Positions 10,248 to 20,654 of a DNA stretch of 32,000 bases are shown here, in pieces. Position 1 is the first letter of the stretch. Each line of letters begins with the position of its first letter. The DNA lies in the NCBI GenBank assembly GCA_029715105.1, contig CP085695.1, positions 630,001-662,000 of the forward strand, written 5' to 3'. The stretch comes from Candidatus Saccharimonadota bacterium. GTDB lineage: Bacteria; Pseudomonadota; Alphaproteobacteria; Rickettsiales; Anaplasmataceae. The notes under the pieces were generated by a model. The model was not told the DNA's origin. It ran no database searches and worked only from the letters and a program-made list of their open reading frames with translations. A program made the translations under genes and the position numbers.

Positions 10248-11181
10248 CAAACATCATATAAAATATTATAAAAATACTTATAAAACATAAGGATATAAAA
10301 ATTAAAGTTAAAAAACTTTAAAAGCCATCCCTAAAAAAGGGGGAGGGGCTGTGAGGATGATAATAACTAACAATGTAATTTAAATAAATCTCATTATAAA
10401 TTTATATTGTTCAAAACTATTTAATGACACTAGCCTACACTCAATATCTTAACCCACATTATATTATAATAAATAATCACTATAATTTAAATACCCTAAA
10501 GGTTTTGATGATTTTATTAAAATAATTATAAAAACGCATTGCTTCTCTAATTCACCCTAAAAACTTAAAATCTTATTTATAATAAGACACATTTTATAAA
10601 CACATTACATAATAATTTCAAAATATATTAAAACTACCTAATATCAAGAAAATACTATTATTCAAAAACACCCCGTCCTATCCAATTCTCTTTTATTCTA
10701 AAACCATATTTTCTCCTTTTAACTTTTCATCTTTAAATTTATTTCACTATTTTCGCAGTCTTTATATTTTATAATAAGCATTATATAAAATACCTCTTTA
10801 TAAAGAGAAAGATTATAAACACTTCCCCGCCAAAGTACCTTATAATTTACTAGATTTTATCTTTATCAAAACTTCTACAGACCCCCCTTTTTTTAACAGA
10901 AAAACTATTAACTTATACCATACAGTTTAATTTTAAACACTTTCTTATTCTTGAACCTACCATTTATTTTAATTTTAAAAATCAAAATTCACACAAAACT
11001 TACACAAATGTAATACTAATTACTAGCAGTTAAAATTGTTAGAATTCGCTAACAATTCAATACTAATTCTATATTTTTATTTATATTCAAAACAAATGTT
11101 CAAAATTATTTACAATTTTATAGATACTTTTATCCTTAAACTAATTTTTAAATAAAATAGAAATATTTTCTTTTCATATAG

Positions 11182-12771
11182 TTATTCCCATTCGATAGTT
11201 GCTGGCGGTTTAGAAGTTAAATCATAAACAACTCTATTTACTCCAGGAACATTGTTGGTAATTGCATTACTAACACACTGCAAAAAATCCCAAAATACTA
11301 ATGAATATTGATTTTTATTTCCAAATGGAAATGCATCAGCCGTCATACCATCGTGTGATGTTACAACTCTTAAAACGCAAACATACCCATCATATACACG
11401 TTTATCTCCTATAACACCAACAGTTCTTACTGGCAATAACACAGTAAAAACCTGCCATACAATACTATATAAATCATAGCTCTTCATTGTATTAATACAA
11501 ATTTCATCCACTTTTTGTAATATTCTAACTTTTTCTTCATTTACTTCACCTATAATTCTTACTGCAAAACCAGGACCAGGAAACGGATGCTGAAATATTA
11601 ACTCATCTGAAAGACCAATTTCCTTTCCAAGCAACCTTACTTCATCTTTAAAAAGATAACGTAAAGGCTCTATTAACCTTAAATTCATCCTTTCTGACAA
11701 TCCTCCAACATTATGATGAGACTTAATCGTACTATTGTTCCATGAAGCACACCCTGATTCAATCACATCTGAATAAATAGTACCTTGCATCAAAAAATCC
11801 ACATCACCTATTTTTTTTGCCTCTTCTTCAAACATTTCAATAAAAGTATTCCCAATAATCTTTCTTTTTTCTTCAGGATCGATTATCCCCCTCAATCTAC
11901 TTAAAAATAAATCTGACCTATTGATATAATTAATAGGAATGATACTTCTCAATAAATCAATCGTTTGTTTTTTTTGTAGCAATCCAGTATCAATAAAAAT
12001 GCAGTTTAATTGTTCTCCTATAGCTCGATAGGTAAGAATTGCTGCAACACTTGAATCAACACCACCACTTACTGCAGCAATTACTCTTTTTTTTCCTACT
12101 AAATCTTTAATTTTTTTCTCTTCATCTTTAATAAACGACCCCCCTACTATCCAATTTCTTTTACAATTTACAATATCCAAAAAATTAGATAACAGTTTAT
12201 CCCCGCCTTCCGTAGAATTAACCTCAGGATGAAATTGAGTACAGTAAATCTTACGCTCTTCATTTGTAATCATTGCAATTGTCTGATTTAATACGCTAAG
12301 TGCAATAACACTGAATCCACGTGGTACAGTTTCAATACTATCTATATGATTCATCAACACATCCACTTCAGAATTAGTCTCCCAAACACCCTTTATAAGT
12401 GAAGATAATCCCAAGATTTTTATCTTAGTTCTACCAAATTCCTGTTTATATTTTTCTTTTACTCTTGCTCCAAAATAATGACAAATGAGTTGCTGTCCAT
12501 AACATATTCCAAATATAGGAACATTTGTTTTCTCGTTAAACCTTATAATTTTATACGCTACTTTATTTATATCATTAAAATTATCATTTACTGATTGCGG
12601 CCCTCCAGAAAAAACAAACCCATTAAACTTAGATAATTTATCGAAACAAATATTACTAGAAAATATTTCACAATAAACTCTCATTTCCCTTATTCGTCTT
12701 GCAATAAGACAAGTAAATTGCGAACCAAAATCAAGAATAGCAATTGCAGATAATTTATTCCTCGTATTCAC
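11182..12771 (-). CDS. guaA: GMP synthase (glutamine-hydrolysing)
   Basis: [18 protein letters not shown] at the N-terminus, the GATase Cys in GICYGQQL, the ATP-PPase P-loop SGGVDSSV, and the C-terminal PATIEWE. The start codon is GTG, immediately preceded in frame by TGA. Confidence 0.95.
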   Translation of the reverse strand: MNTRNKLSAIAILDFGSQFTCLIARRIREMRVYCEIFSSNICFDKLSKFNGFVFSGGPQSVNDNFNDINKVAYKIIRFNEKTNVPIFGICYGQQLICHYFGARVKEKYKQEFGRTKIKILGLSSLIKGVWETNSEVDVLMNHIDSIETVPRGFSVIALSVLNQTIAMITNEERKIYCTQFHPEVNSTEGGDKLLSNFLDIVNCKRNWIVGGSFIKDEEKKIKDLVGKKRVIAAVSGGVDSSVAAILTYRAIGEQLNCIFIDTGLLQKKQTIDLLRSIIPINYINRSDLFLSRLRGIIDPEEKRKIIGNTFIEMFEEEAKKIGDVDFLMQGTIYSDVIESGCASWNNSTIKSHHNVGGLSERMNLRLIEPLRYLFKDEVRLLGKEIGLSDELIFQHPFPGPGFAVRIIGEVNEEKVRILQKVDEICINTMKSYDLYSIVWQVFTVLLPVRTVGVIGDKRVYDGYVCVLRVVTSHDGMTADAFPFGNKNQYSLVFWDFLQCVSNAITNNVPGVNRVVYDLTSKPPATIEWE

Positions 12772-13405
12772 TCAAAACAACCCCCCTTTTAAAAAAGATA
12801 AGCAAATCTTTTCTTTTATAAAATCATAAATAATGATAACCACTATACAGTAAAAACCTTCTTTATAAGACATAATTAAAATCAATAAACTCCCCCCATA
12901 AAGATAAATTTATACCATTTCTCATAAACAAATATAACCAAAACATATTACCAACCCCACTAAATAACAGAACATAAATCTATTTTTATAATCCACATTA
13001 TCCATAAATCTTATTTCCACACCCCTTTAACTTTTAGCAACATCCTTCTACAAATACAAAGACTCCCGATATACATATCTCCATTAATACATATATAAAT
13101 AATTACCATGACTTTATCATTATGTATAAAATACCAAGATTTACTTTATTTCTCATATCAACCTTATACCCAACCCTCTAATAACTAACTCCTTAAATTT
13201 ATATTATTTATTATTTCTAAATATTTATCTCTATACTCACGCTATATACAATTCACCAAAAGTTTCACTAAAATTTAAAAGTAATGACAAAATATTTCTA
13301 CATTTTATGCATTTTAACCTCTTCGCTTACAATTTATAAACCATAAATATTACATCACTTAAAACAACCTACTTAAATTTCAAGCATCAAAAGAAAATTA
13401 AAACA

Positions 13406-14680
13406 TCAATCGCCAATATCATACCTAAAAAAACCTCCTGGCCATTCTAAAAAATTTAATGCTGAATATACTTTATCTTTAGCATCTTCCACTCCACTTC
13501 CTTCTCCTACTATATTAATTACCCTCCCACCATCAGAAATCAAATTACCACTTTTATCCAATCTAGTACCAGCATGAAAAACAAGTATTCCTGGTATATT
13601 TTCAATTTTACCTAATCCTTTAATTACTTCTCCTGTTTTATAATCACCCGGATAGCCATCACTTGCAACAACAACACAAACTGTAGATCTATTAGTAAGC
13701 TTTACAGTTTTAGTATTTAAATTTCCTTCTGAAGTTAGAAACATTAATTCCAATAAATCACAATCTTTATCAAGCCTAGGTAAAATAGATTGTACCTCAG
13801 GATCACCAAATCTAACATTATATTCGAGAAGCTTGGGATTACCATCACAGAGAATTAAACCAGCAAAAAGCACCCCTTTATAAGGAGTTTTCATATTAAT
13901 CAATGCCTGAACTGTTGGATATATTATCCCTTGAATAATCTTATTTTCCATATCATGACTTATGATTAAAGGCGATGAATAAGCCCCCATACCCCCTGTA
14001 TTTTGACTATTATTGTTTTTATTAACTCTTTTATAATCTTTTGCGCATCCAAATGTTATTATTCTTGTACCATCGATAAAAACAAAAAAACTTACTTCTT
14101 CCCCTCTTAAAAATTCTTCTATAACTATCTCCTTACCTGATTCGCCGAACTTCTTCTCCACTAACATCGAATTTATAGCTAAAAAAGCTTCACTTTTTGT
14201 ATTACAAATTAATGTACCCTTTCCTTCTGCAATTCCACTCGCTTTTATTACAAGTGGAAACTTTATCTTATTATTATTGCGTATAAAACTTCTAGCTAAT
14301 TCAGCATTGACAAAACATTTGTACTTAGCAGTCGGTATACCATATTGCTTACATAAACCCTTGGTAAAAGCTTTTGAAGCTTCAAGCCTTGCAGCTGCTC
14401 GATTTGGAGCAAAAACATTTACTCCCCCTAAAGATAAATCATCAGCAAGTCCATTAACTATTGGTTGCTCTGGACCAATAACAACTAATTTTATATTTTC
14501 TCTCTTACAAAACCGTAAAACATCAACCGAATTCTGAATATTTAAGTTAACAAGAACTCCAAGATCTTCCATGGCTTGTCTACCAGGAGCAATATATAAT
14601 CTAGTCAAAATAGAAGACTTCTTTAAAGCCCAAAGCAAAGCATGTTCACGTCCACCAGAACCTATAACTAAAACCCTCAT
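13406..14680 (-). CDS. purD: Phosphoribosylamine-glycine ligase
   Basis: MRVLVIGSGGREHAL at the N-terminus, an ATP-grasp core (...EEFLRGEEVSFF..., ...EYNVRFGDPE...), and the 424-aa length are all typical of PurD. Confidence 0.95.
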   Translation of the reverse strand: MRVLVIGSGGREHALLWALKKSSILTRLYIAPGRQAMEDLGVLVNLNIQNSVDVLRFCKRENIKLVVIGPEQPIVNGLADDLSLGGVNVFAPNRAAARLEASKAFTKGLCKQYGIPTAKYKCFVNAELARSFIRNNNKIKFPLVIKASGIAEGKGTLICNTKSEAFLAINSMLVEKKFGESGKEIVIEEFLRGEEVSFFVFIDGTRIITFGCAKDYKRVNKNNNSQNTGGMGAYSSPLIISHDMENKIIQGIIYPTVQALINMKTPYKGVLFAGLILCDGNPKLLEYNVRFGDPEVQSILPRLDKDCDLLELMFLTSEGNLNTKTVKLTNRSTVCVVVASDGYPGDYKTGEVIKGLGKIENIPGILVFHAGTRLDKSGNLISDGGRVINIVGEGSGVEDAKDKVYSALNFLEWPGGFFRYDIGD

Positions 14681-14722
14681 TCCACAAAACTCTATTATCT
14701 TTATTAATTTTTATTATCAGAA

Positions 14723-16006
14723 TTACAATCTATTTCTTATAATGGTATCATTGCTCATATACTTCTGCAACACATTCGGTATCGCAATCGATCCATCATT
14801 ATTTTGATAATTTTCTATTACAGCAATAATTGTTCTCCCTATAGCTAATGCAGAACCATTTAAAATATGAACATACTTTTTCACCTTTTTATTAACTTCT
14901 AAAGAATATTTAGCATTCATCCTTCTTGCTTGAAATGCACCACAATCTGAACAACTTGATACTTCTCTATATTTTTTTTGTTCAGGAAACCATACCTCTA
15001 TATCATAGGTTTTCTGTGCAGCAAAACCGATATCACCACTACATAACATCATCACTCTATATGGTAATTCTAATTGTTTCAACACTTCTTCAACTACACT
15101 TATCATACGCTCAAATTCGTTATCTGATTGATTCTCAGTTGTGATACTCACCAACTCTACCTTACCAAATTGATGCTGCCTTATCATGCCCTTCGTATCT
15201 TTTCCTGCACTACCAGCTTCTTTACGAAAACACTCAGAATATGCAGTAAAACGAATTGGTAATTCATTTTCTTTTATTATTTTATCAGCAACTAAATTCG
15301 CCAAAACCACTTCACCTGTTGGAATTAATCTCAACTCATCAGTAGTCAAATATGAATCATTAGAAAACTTTGGCATTTGACCGACATTATACATTGCTCT
15401 ATTTTTTACTAAAACAGGATGATATACTTCAACATAACCAAACTCATTAACATGAACTTCAAGCATAAAATTTATTAATGCTCGCCCAAGTTTAGCCAAT
15501 TGTCCTTTCAATATTACAAATCTTGACCCACAAATTTTTGTTACCCGTTCGAAATCCATTAAACCCAATCTCTCCCCAAGTTCGTAATGAGATTTCGGTG
15601 TAAAATCAAATTTCCTCCTTTCCCCATATTTTTTAATCTCTACATTAAAGCTTTCATTTCCACCTATTGGTACATCCTTTGCAAGAGTATTTGGCAAATT
15701 AGATAAAATACTTATTAAACTATTCTTCTTTATTTGTTCTTTTAAACTAATTGCCTTTATCTCGCTTATTATATTTTTTGATGCTTCTACTTCATTCTCG
15801 CAAAAACTTCTACTCATCTTTAACTTCTTTATTTCTTCCGTAACCTCATTACGCTTCTTATTTAAATCTTGTAACTTAGTAGTCAACAATCTTTTCTCGT
15901 GATCTATTTTTAATATTTCCTCTACAACAAAATTTTTAATTCCTCTATTCTCCATTGCTCTCTTGAATTGCTCAGGATTTTTGCGTATATATTCTATATC
16001 ATGCAT
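14723..16006 (-). CDS. serS: Serine-tRNA ligase
   Basis: An N-terminal coiled-coil arm (MHDIEYIRKNPE...) and class II motifs (...FRKEAGSAGKDTKGMIRQHQFGKVE..., ...NGSALAIGRTIIAVIENYQ). It lies 42 bp upstream of purD on the same strand. Confidence 0.95.
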   Translation of the reverse strand: MHDIEYIRKNPEQFKRAMENRGIKNFVVEEILKIDHEKRLLTTKLQDLNKKRNEVTEEIKKLKMSRSFCENEVEASKNIISEIKAISLKEQIKKNSLISILSNLPNTLAKDVPIGGNESFNVEIKKYGERRKFDFTPKSHYELGERLGLMDFERVTKICGSRFVILKGQLAKLGRALINFMLEVHVNEFGYVEVYHPVLVKNRAMYNVGQMPKFSNDSYLTTDELRLIPTGEVVLANLVADKIIKENELPIRFTAYSECFRKEAGSAGKDTKGMIRQHQFGKVELVSITTENQSDNEFERMISVVEEVLKQLELPYRVMMLCSGDIGFAAQKTYDIEVWFPEQKKYREVSSCSDCGAFQARRMNAKYSLEVNKKVKKYVHILNGSALAIGRTIIAVIENYQNNDGSIAIPNVLQKYMSNDTIIRNRL

Positions 16007-17072
16007 ATAAATAATATAAAATTACTAATTAACTCTTCTCATTGGTATACTTTAAAGACTTTTAATATTCAATGCTTTTATATATAAATGAATCAAAGTT
16101 AAAATCTAAATATTTAACTATTTAAATAATTAAATTTAAAATTATAAATTAAAATTTTATGAGCGCCTACAGGGCCGTATATATAATTATAAGTCACAAA
16201 AATTACAAACCTCTTCTCTTCTTTATCTCTCAAGAGAAATAAAATTTAAATAAAAGGCATCAATCGAAAATAAATCCTTAACTATTAAATTCACATAATG
16301 ATCGTAAATAAGATAGCCCAAAAATCTTCCAAAGATATCAAAATATTAAATAAACACCTTCCACTCTATAAAACACTATTTTCTAAAACAAATTTCAATA
16401 TTCAGGTCTGTTATATGAGACCTACTATATATATATTCATCATATTATTTTAATCTTACTAACCAAAACTCTAAACAAAATAAAATATAATTTTCAAAAT
16501 AATAAAAATATCCATCAAACACGGACTCTCTCACAGAAGATACATCCTCTTACGTAAAGAAAGAAACAAATTTCATTTGATAAATCTAAATATTTCTAAA
16601 TAACGAAATTATACCATAAAATTTTACTTATTAAAATAAATAAGAGGACAATATAAAATATTCTAAATTCATTCTTCAAAAGAAAATGTTACTTTACTTT
16701 AAAATGAACCAAAAAAAAAGAAATCTACTAATAGAAGTTATTCTAAACCTACTTAGACAAATAGTTATCGCCTCTAGTTGATAACAAAAGTTATATTAAA
16801 GCTATAAACTTACTACTATAAAATTCAATAACCCCACTCTTTAATAAAAGAAGCTTTTAATTCTCATTAAATTCTCCTTCACAAACTTTCATTCTGTAAC
16901 TTATAAAATAATTCTGTAATTTCACCTAATAAATAAAAATAGATAAAAATATAAAATTATTTAACTAATAAATAAAACTCTTATATTGCTAGTGAAATTT
17001 CATTCATTGAGCAAGTATTTCAAATAGCCTTATAAAATTTTTTAGCTAAAATATACTCTCCTTTAATTTATT

Positions 17073-17100
17073 TTGTAAAATTCACAGTACACGTTAAAAT
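17073..17100 (+). promoter_or_regulatory. Candidate sigma70-type promoter for topA
   Basis: TTGTAA (17073-17078), a 16-nt spacer, then TAAAAT (17095-17100), about 45 nt upstream of the ATG at 17146. Confidence 0.3.
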
Positions 17101-17145
17101 ATTCTTAATACTTTCGTTTGTTTCTCGCGTTTATTCTAAAATACT

Positions 17146-19464
17146 ATGGCTCTATTGATAGTTGAATCTCCTGCAAAAGCAAAAACAATAAGTAAATATC
17201 TAAGTAAAGAATTTAAAATAGCTGCATCTTTTGGACACGTAAGGGATCTGCCAGTAAAAAACGGTTCTGTCGATCCAGACAATGATTTTGCTATAAAATA
17301 TGAAATTCTTAAAAAAGCAGAAAAATGCATAAAAAAATTAGCAGAAGAAGCAAGTAAAACATCGGATATATACCTTGCAACAGATCCAGATAGAGAAGGA
17401 GAAGCAATAGCGTGGAATATAATAGAAGCTTTAAAAGAAAAAAAAGCAATCAATGATAAAATCCACATTCACAGAATAGTCTTCAACGAAATAACAAAAA
17501 AAGCAGTACAAGAAGCTATAAAAAATCCACGAGAAATTAATATGAATTTAGTACACGCTCAACAAACACGCAGAGTTTTAGACTACTTAGTAGGATTTAA
17601 TTTATCACCACTCTTATGGACAAAATTATCAGGAAGTAAATCTGCAGGACGAGTACAATCCGTTGTACTAAAGCTCATATGTGAGCGAGAAAGCGAAATT
17701 ATAAAATTCATAACACAAAAATATTGGAGTATAAAAACAAAAATGCAAAATAATAAAAATGAAGTGTTTTCTACTGTACTTAATCACTTTAATAATAAAA
17801 AATTAGGAAAATTAGATATCAAAAATGAAGAAGAAGTAAATAACTTAATTAAAGAAATTAAATCTAAAAAATATAAAATAAGTTCTATAGAACACAAACA
17901 AATCGAAAAAAACCCCCCCCCTCCATTTATTACTTCGAGTCTTCAACAAGAAGCAGTAAACAAACTTTTTTTTAATATAAAAAATATCATGCGCATAGCA
18001 CAAAACCTTTATGAAGGTATTAATATTGGTGGCGAAACTGTTGGTTTAATAACATATATACGTACAGATGGATTTTATATTACAAATGAAGCTATAAATT
18101 CAATCAGAAAATCAATCAAATTATTATATGGTAATAAATACTTACCTAAACTTCCTCATCGATATGCAAAAAGCATAAAAAATGCTCAAGAAGCACATGA
18201 AGCAATTCGTCCAACTGATATAAATAAAACTCCAAATAACATTAAATGTTACTTAACACTAGAACAATTTAAATTATACGATCTAATTTGGAAAAGAACC
18301 ATCGCAAGCCAAATGAAACCAGCAATCTTCAATCAAGTAACAATCAAAACTAGTTCTACTGATCAAAAAATAATTTTAAAGACAAGCGGATCAAGAATAT
18401 TTTTCGATGGATTCTATAAAGCATATGAAAATGATATAAATAACAAAGAAAATAAAAATATAATACTACCATCAGCTATAAAAGAAGGTGAAACATGTAA
18501 ACTGATCTCTATAGAAATAGAGAAGCATCTTACTCAACCACCGCCACGTTATAGTGAAGCTAGCATTGTTAAAAAAATGGAAAAAATCGGTATAGGCCGT
18601 CCCTCAACCTATGCAACAATTATTTCAGTACTACTAGATCGCAAATACGTTACATTAGACAATAAAAAATTTATCCCAAGTAGTCGTGGTAAAATCGTTA
18701 CAATATTTCTAGAAACTTTCTTTCAACATTGTGTAAAATATAATTTTACAGCACATATAGAAAAAAAACTTGATTTAATCTCAAATGGACATGCAAACTG
18801 GAAAAAAGAGCTAAGCCATTTTTGGATACCATTCGCTAAACTCGTAAACTCTGTCAAACAAATGACCCATGATGAAATTTTTAATGGTATTCGTAATCTG
18901 GTAATCGATTGGTTTTGTTTAGAAGAAAAAAAAGAAGAAATAGGCAAAAAATGTCCTAATTGTTCCAATGGAATATTAAAATTAAACTTTGGAAAATCTG
19001 GAATATTTCTTGGATGCTCTACATACCCGACATGTAATCATTCAAAAGAAATTGTAGGCAATGATAATAATCATAACTTAAAATATCTAAAAAATCTAGG
19101 TATAGATAATATTACTGGAGAAAGAGTAATAATTAAAAAAGGTCCTTTTGGGTTTTATTTAGAATTAAATAATGAGTTATTAAAAGAAAAAAAAACCGTT
19201 TCTATACCGAAAGACATAAATATCGATGATATTGATTTAAATATAGCAACTCAATTACTCTCCCTACCTAAAAAAATAGGAAAACATCCAAAAACTAAAA
19301 AGGAAATGAAAATAGGCCTTGGAAAATTTGGATACTATATTCTTTATGAAAACAAATACTTTCCCCTGAAAGGAAATTCTAAAAAAATACTAAATATGCA
19401 ATTAGATGAGGCTATAAAAATTATTTTACATAATAACCATATAAAAAATACCGAAAAATGCTAA
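17146..19464 (+). CDS. topA: DNA topoisomerase I
   Basis: The TOPRIM N-terminus is LLIVESPAKAKTISKYL...ATDPDREGEAIAW. The active-site region is ...GLITYIRTD.... A single C-terminal Cys4 zinc ribbon is present (CPNCSNG...CSTYPTC). Confidence 0.95.
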   Translation: MALLIVESPAKAKTISKYLSKEFKIAASFGHVRDLPVKNGSVDPDNDFAIKYEILKKAEKCIKKLAEEASKTSDIYLATDPDREGEAIAWNIIEALKEKKAINDKIHIHRIVFNEITKKAVQEAIKNPREINMNLVHAQQTRRVLDYLVGFNLSPLLWTKLSGSKSAGRVQSVVLKLICERESEIIKFITQKYWSIKTKMQNNKNEVFSTVLNHFNNKKLGKLDIKNEEEVNNLIKEIKSKKYKISSIEHKQIEKNPPPPFITSSLQQEAVNKLFFNIKNIMRIAQNLYEGINIGGETVGLITYIRTDGFYITNEAINSIRKSIKLLYGNKYLPKLPHRYAKSIKNAQEAHEAIRPTDINKTPNNIKCYLTLEQFKLYDLIWKRTIASQMKPAIFNQVTIKTSSTDQKIILKTSGSRIFFDGFYKAYENDINNKENKNIILPSAIKEGETCKLISIEIEKHLTQPPPRYSEASIVKKMEKIGIGRPSTYATIISVLLDRKYVTLDNKKFIPSSRGKIVTIFLETFFQHCVKYNFTAHIEKKLDLISNGHANWKKELSHFWIPFAKLVNSVKQMTHDEIFNGIRNLVIDWFCLEEKKEEIGKKCPNCSNGILKLNFGKSGIFLGCSTYPTCNHSKEIVGNDNNHNLKYLKNLGIDNITGERVIIKKGPFGFYLELNNELLKEKKTVSIPKDINIDDIDLNIATQLLSLPKKIGKHPKTKKEMKIGLGKFGYYILYENKYFPLKGNSKKILNMQLDEAIKIILHNNHIKNTEKC

Positions 19465-19547
19465 AATGTTCTCCTTTTCTAAAGGAACCATTCTCTATGC
19501 ATTAATATCCATTAAATGGAAGATCAATAAATAATAAAATCAATCTC

Positions 19548-19568
19548 GTTCTCTCTTAATTAGAGAAC
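19548..19568. terminator. Candidate hairpin in the 128-bp spacer between the convergent topA and methyltransferase 3' ends
   Basis: GTTCTCT (19548-19554) and AGAGAAC (19562-19568) form a perfect 7-bp stem with a 7-nt loop. On the minus strand a moderately T-rich stretch follows it, 25 nt after the methyltransferase stop. It is a weak, AT-rich stem. Confidence 0.25.
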
Positions 19569-19592
19569 TATAAAACTAATCATAAAACAATT

Positions 19593-20654
19593 TTACAAAC
19601 AATAAATCATCATTACTTTAAAAAGAGTACCCATATTTTTAGTTAATCTTAAATACTCACAAAAAATTTTATTTTTTTGCGTACTATTCAAATTTTTCAT
19701 CAAAGCTTGTACTCTCTCTTTTATACCAAAAATATATAAAAATTCTCTTTGAGTTAAAATCTCATAATCAACATATCTTAGTGAATCTATTAATTCTTGA
19801 AAATTTACAAGTGCAGTGATATCGCTACTACCAATATCTTCAAATATACTAACATATTTATGCTGTTTTAACGACTGTAAAGTACTTCTGTATTCAGGAT
19901 ATATATATCCATAATCTATAATTAAAGCAGCTCCTTTATTATTGTAAATCTTCTCCTCAAGCTTTTTTAATATATCAATTCTAAATGAAGATACCTCTAC
20001 TACCGCACCATAAAAAAGTTTGCTATTCAAAGCAGTATTGAAATACATAATTTCTTTTTTAACAGAAAATCGATCAGCAATTATAAATAATGACCCATTG
20101 TCTCGTTTTGTTACTCTATTCTCATACCATCTCTCATTGTAGTAAACAAACTGATTTATTGGAAGAGCATCAAAAAATTCATTTGCCAAAAAAATAGTTG
20201 CTTGTTTTGGTAAACTATTAATATTTTCATGCCAGCTAACATCTAAACTTTTCAATTTTTGCTTTTGTATTTTTTGTAAAATTGGGCTTATCTCAATTAA
20301 ATGAATTGACATTGAATTAAAAAAATCACTATACCTCCTAGTAACTCTTATTATATCAAGAATAAGCGTTCCTCTTCCTGGTCCAAGTTCAACCAAGGAA
20401 AATTTAGATGGTCTTCCTAACTTTTCCCATATACATATTACCCACACTGCAATTATTTCACCAAACAATTGACTTATTTCAGGTGCTGTGATAAAATCAC
20501 CGTCTTTACCAAACGATAATTTACTCATATAATAACCGTACTCATTATGATACAGAGCGATTCTCATAAAATCACTAATTGATATTGACCCTTGATTTTT
20601 ATCAATTAGCCTGTGCAAATAAGTAAGTATCATGATTATGAATATAAACTGCAA
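19593..20654 (-). CDS. Class I SAM-dependent methyltransferase, MidA/NDUFAF7 (DUF185) family
   Basis: GDFITAPEISQLFGE and LVELGPGRGTL (SAM motif I) match the NDUFAF7/MidA family as I recall it. The ORF-track start at 20654 is TTG, and an in-frame ATG at 20633 is an alternative. Confidence 0.75.
   Translation of the reverse strand: MQFIFIIMILTYLHRLIDKNQGSISISDFMRIALYHNEYGYYMSKLSFGKDGDFITAPEISQLFGEIIAVWVICIWEKLGRPSKFSLVELGPGRGTLILDIIRVTRRYSDFFNSMSIHLIEISPILQKIQKQKLKSLDVSWHENINSLPKQATIFLANEFFDALPINQFVYYNERWYENRVTKRDNGSLFIIADRFSVKKEIMYFNTALNSKLFYGAVVEVSSFRIDILKKLEEKIYNNKGAALIIDYGYIYPEYRSTLQSLKQHKYVSIFEDIGSSDITALVNFQELIDSLRYVDYEILTQREFLYIFGIKERVQALMKNLNSTQKNKIFCEYLRLTKNMGTLFKVMMIYCL

Noticed and set aside
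10696-10718. A perfect AAGGAG, a 5-nt spacer and an ATG on the minus strand, followed by only 3 codons (MVLE, then stop)
   Set aside because: From base composition, one or two AAGGAG hexamers are expected by chance in ~7.6 kb of two-stranded spacer. There is no ORF behind it. At most it is a relic.
16161-16180. A GC-rich island, GAGCGCCTACAGGGCCGTA, in the serS-topA spacer
   Set aside because: It stands out compositionally, but it is not a palindrome, is not repeated elsewhere in the window, and matches no motif I know. There is not enough to build a claim on.
19472-19486. A 6-bp stem (TCCTTT-TCT-AAAGGA) right after the topA stop
   Set aside because: It has a 3-nt loop, only two G:C pairs and no following U-tract. 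That is too weak to call a terminator.
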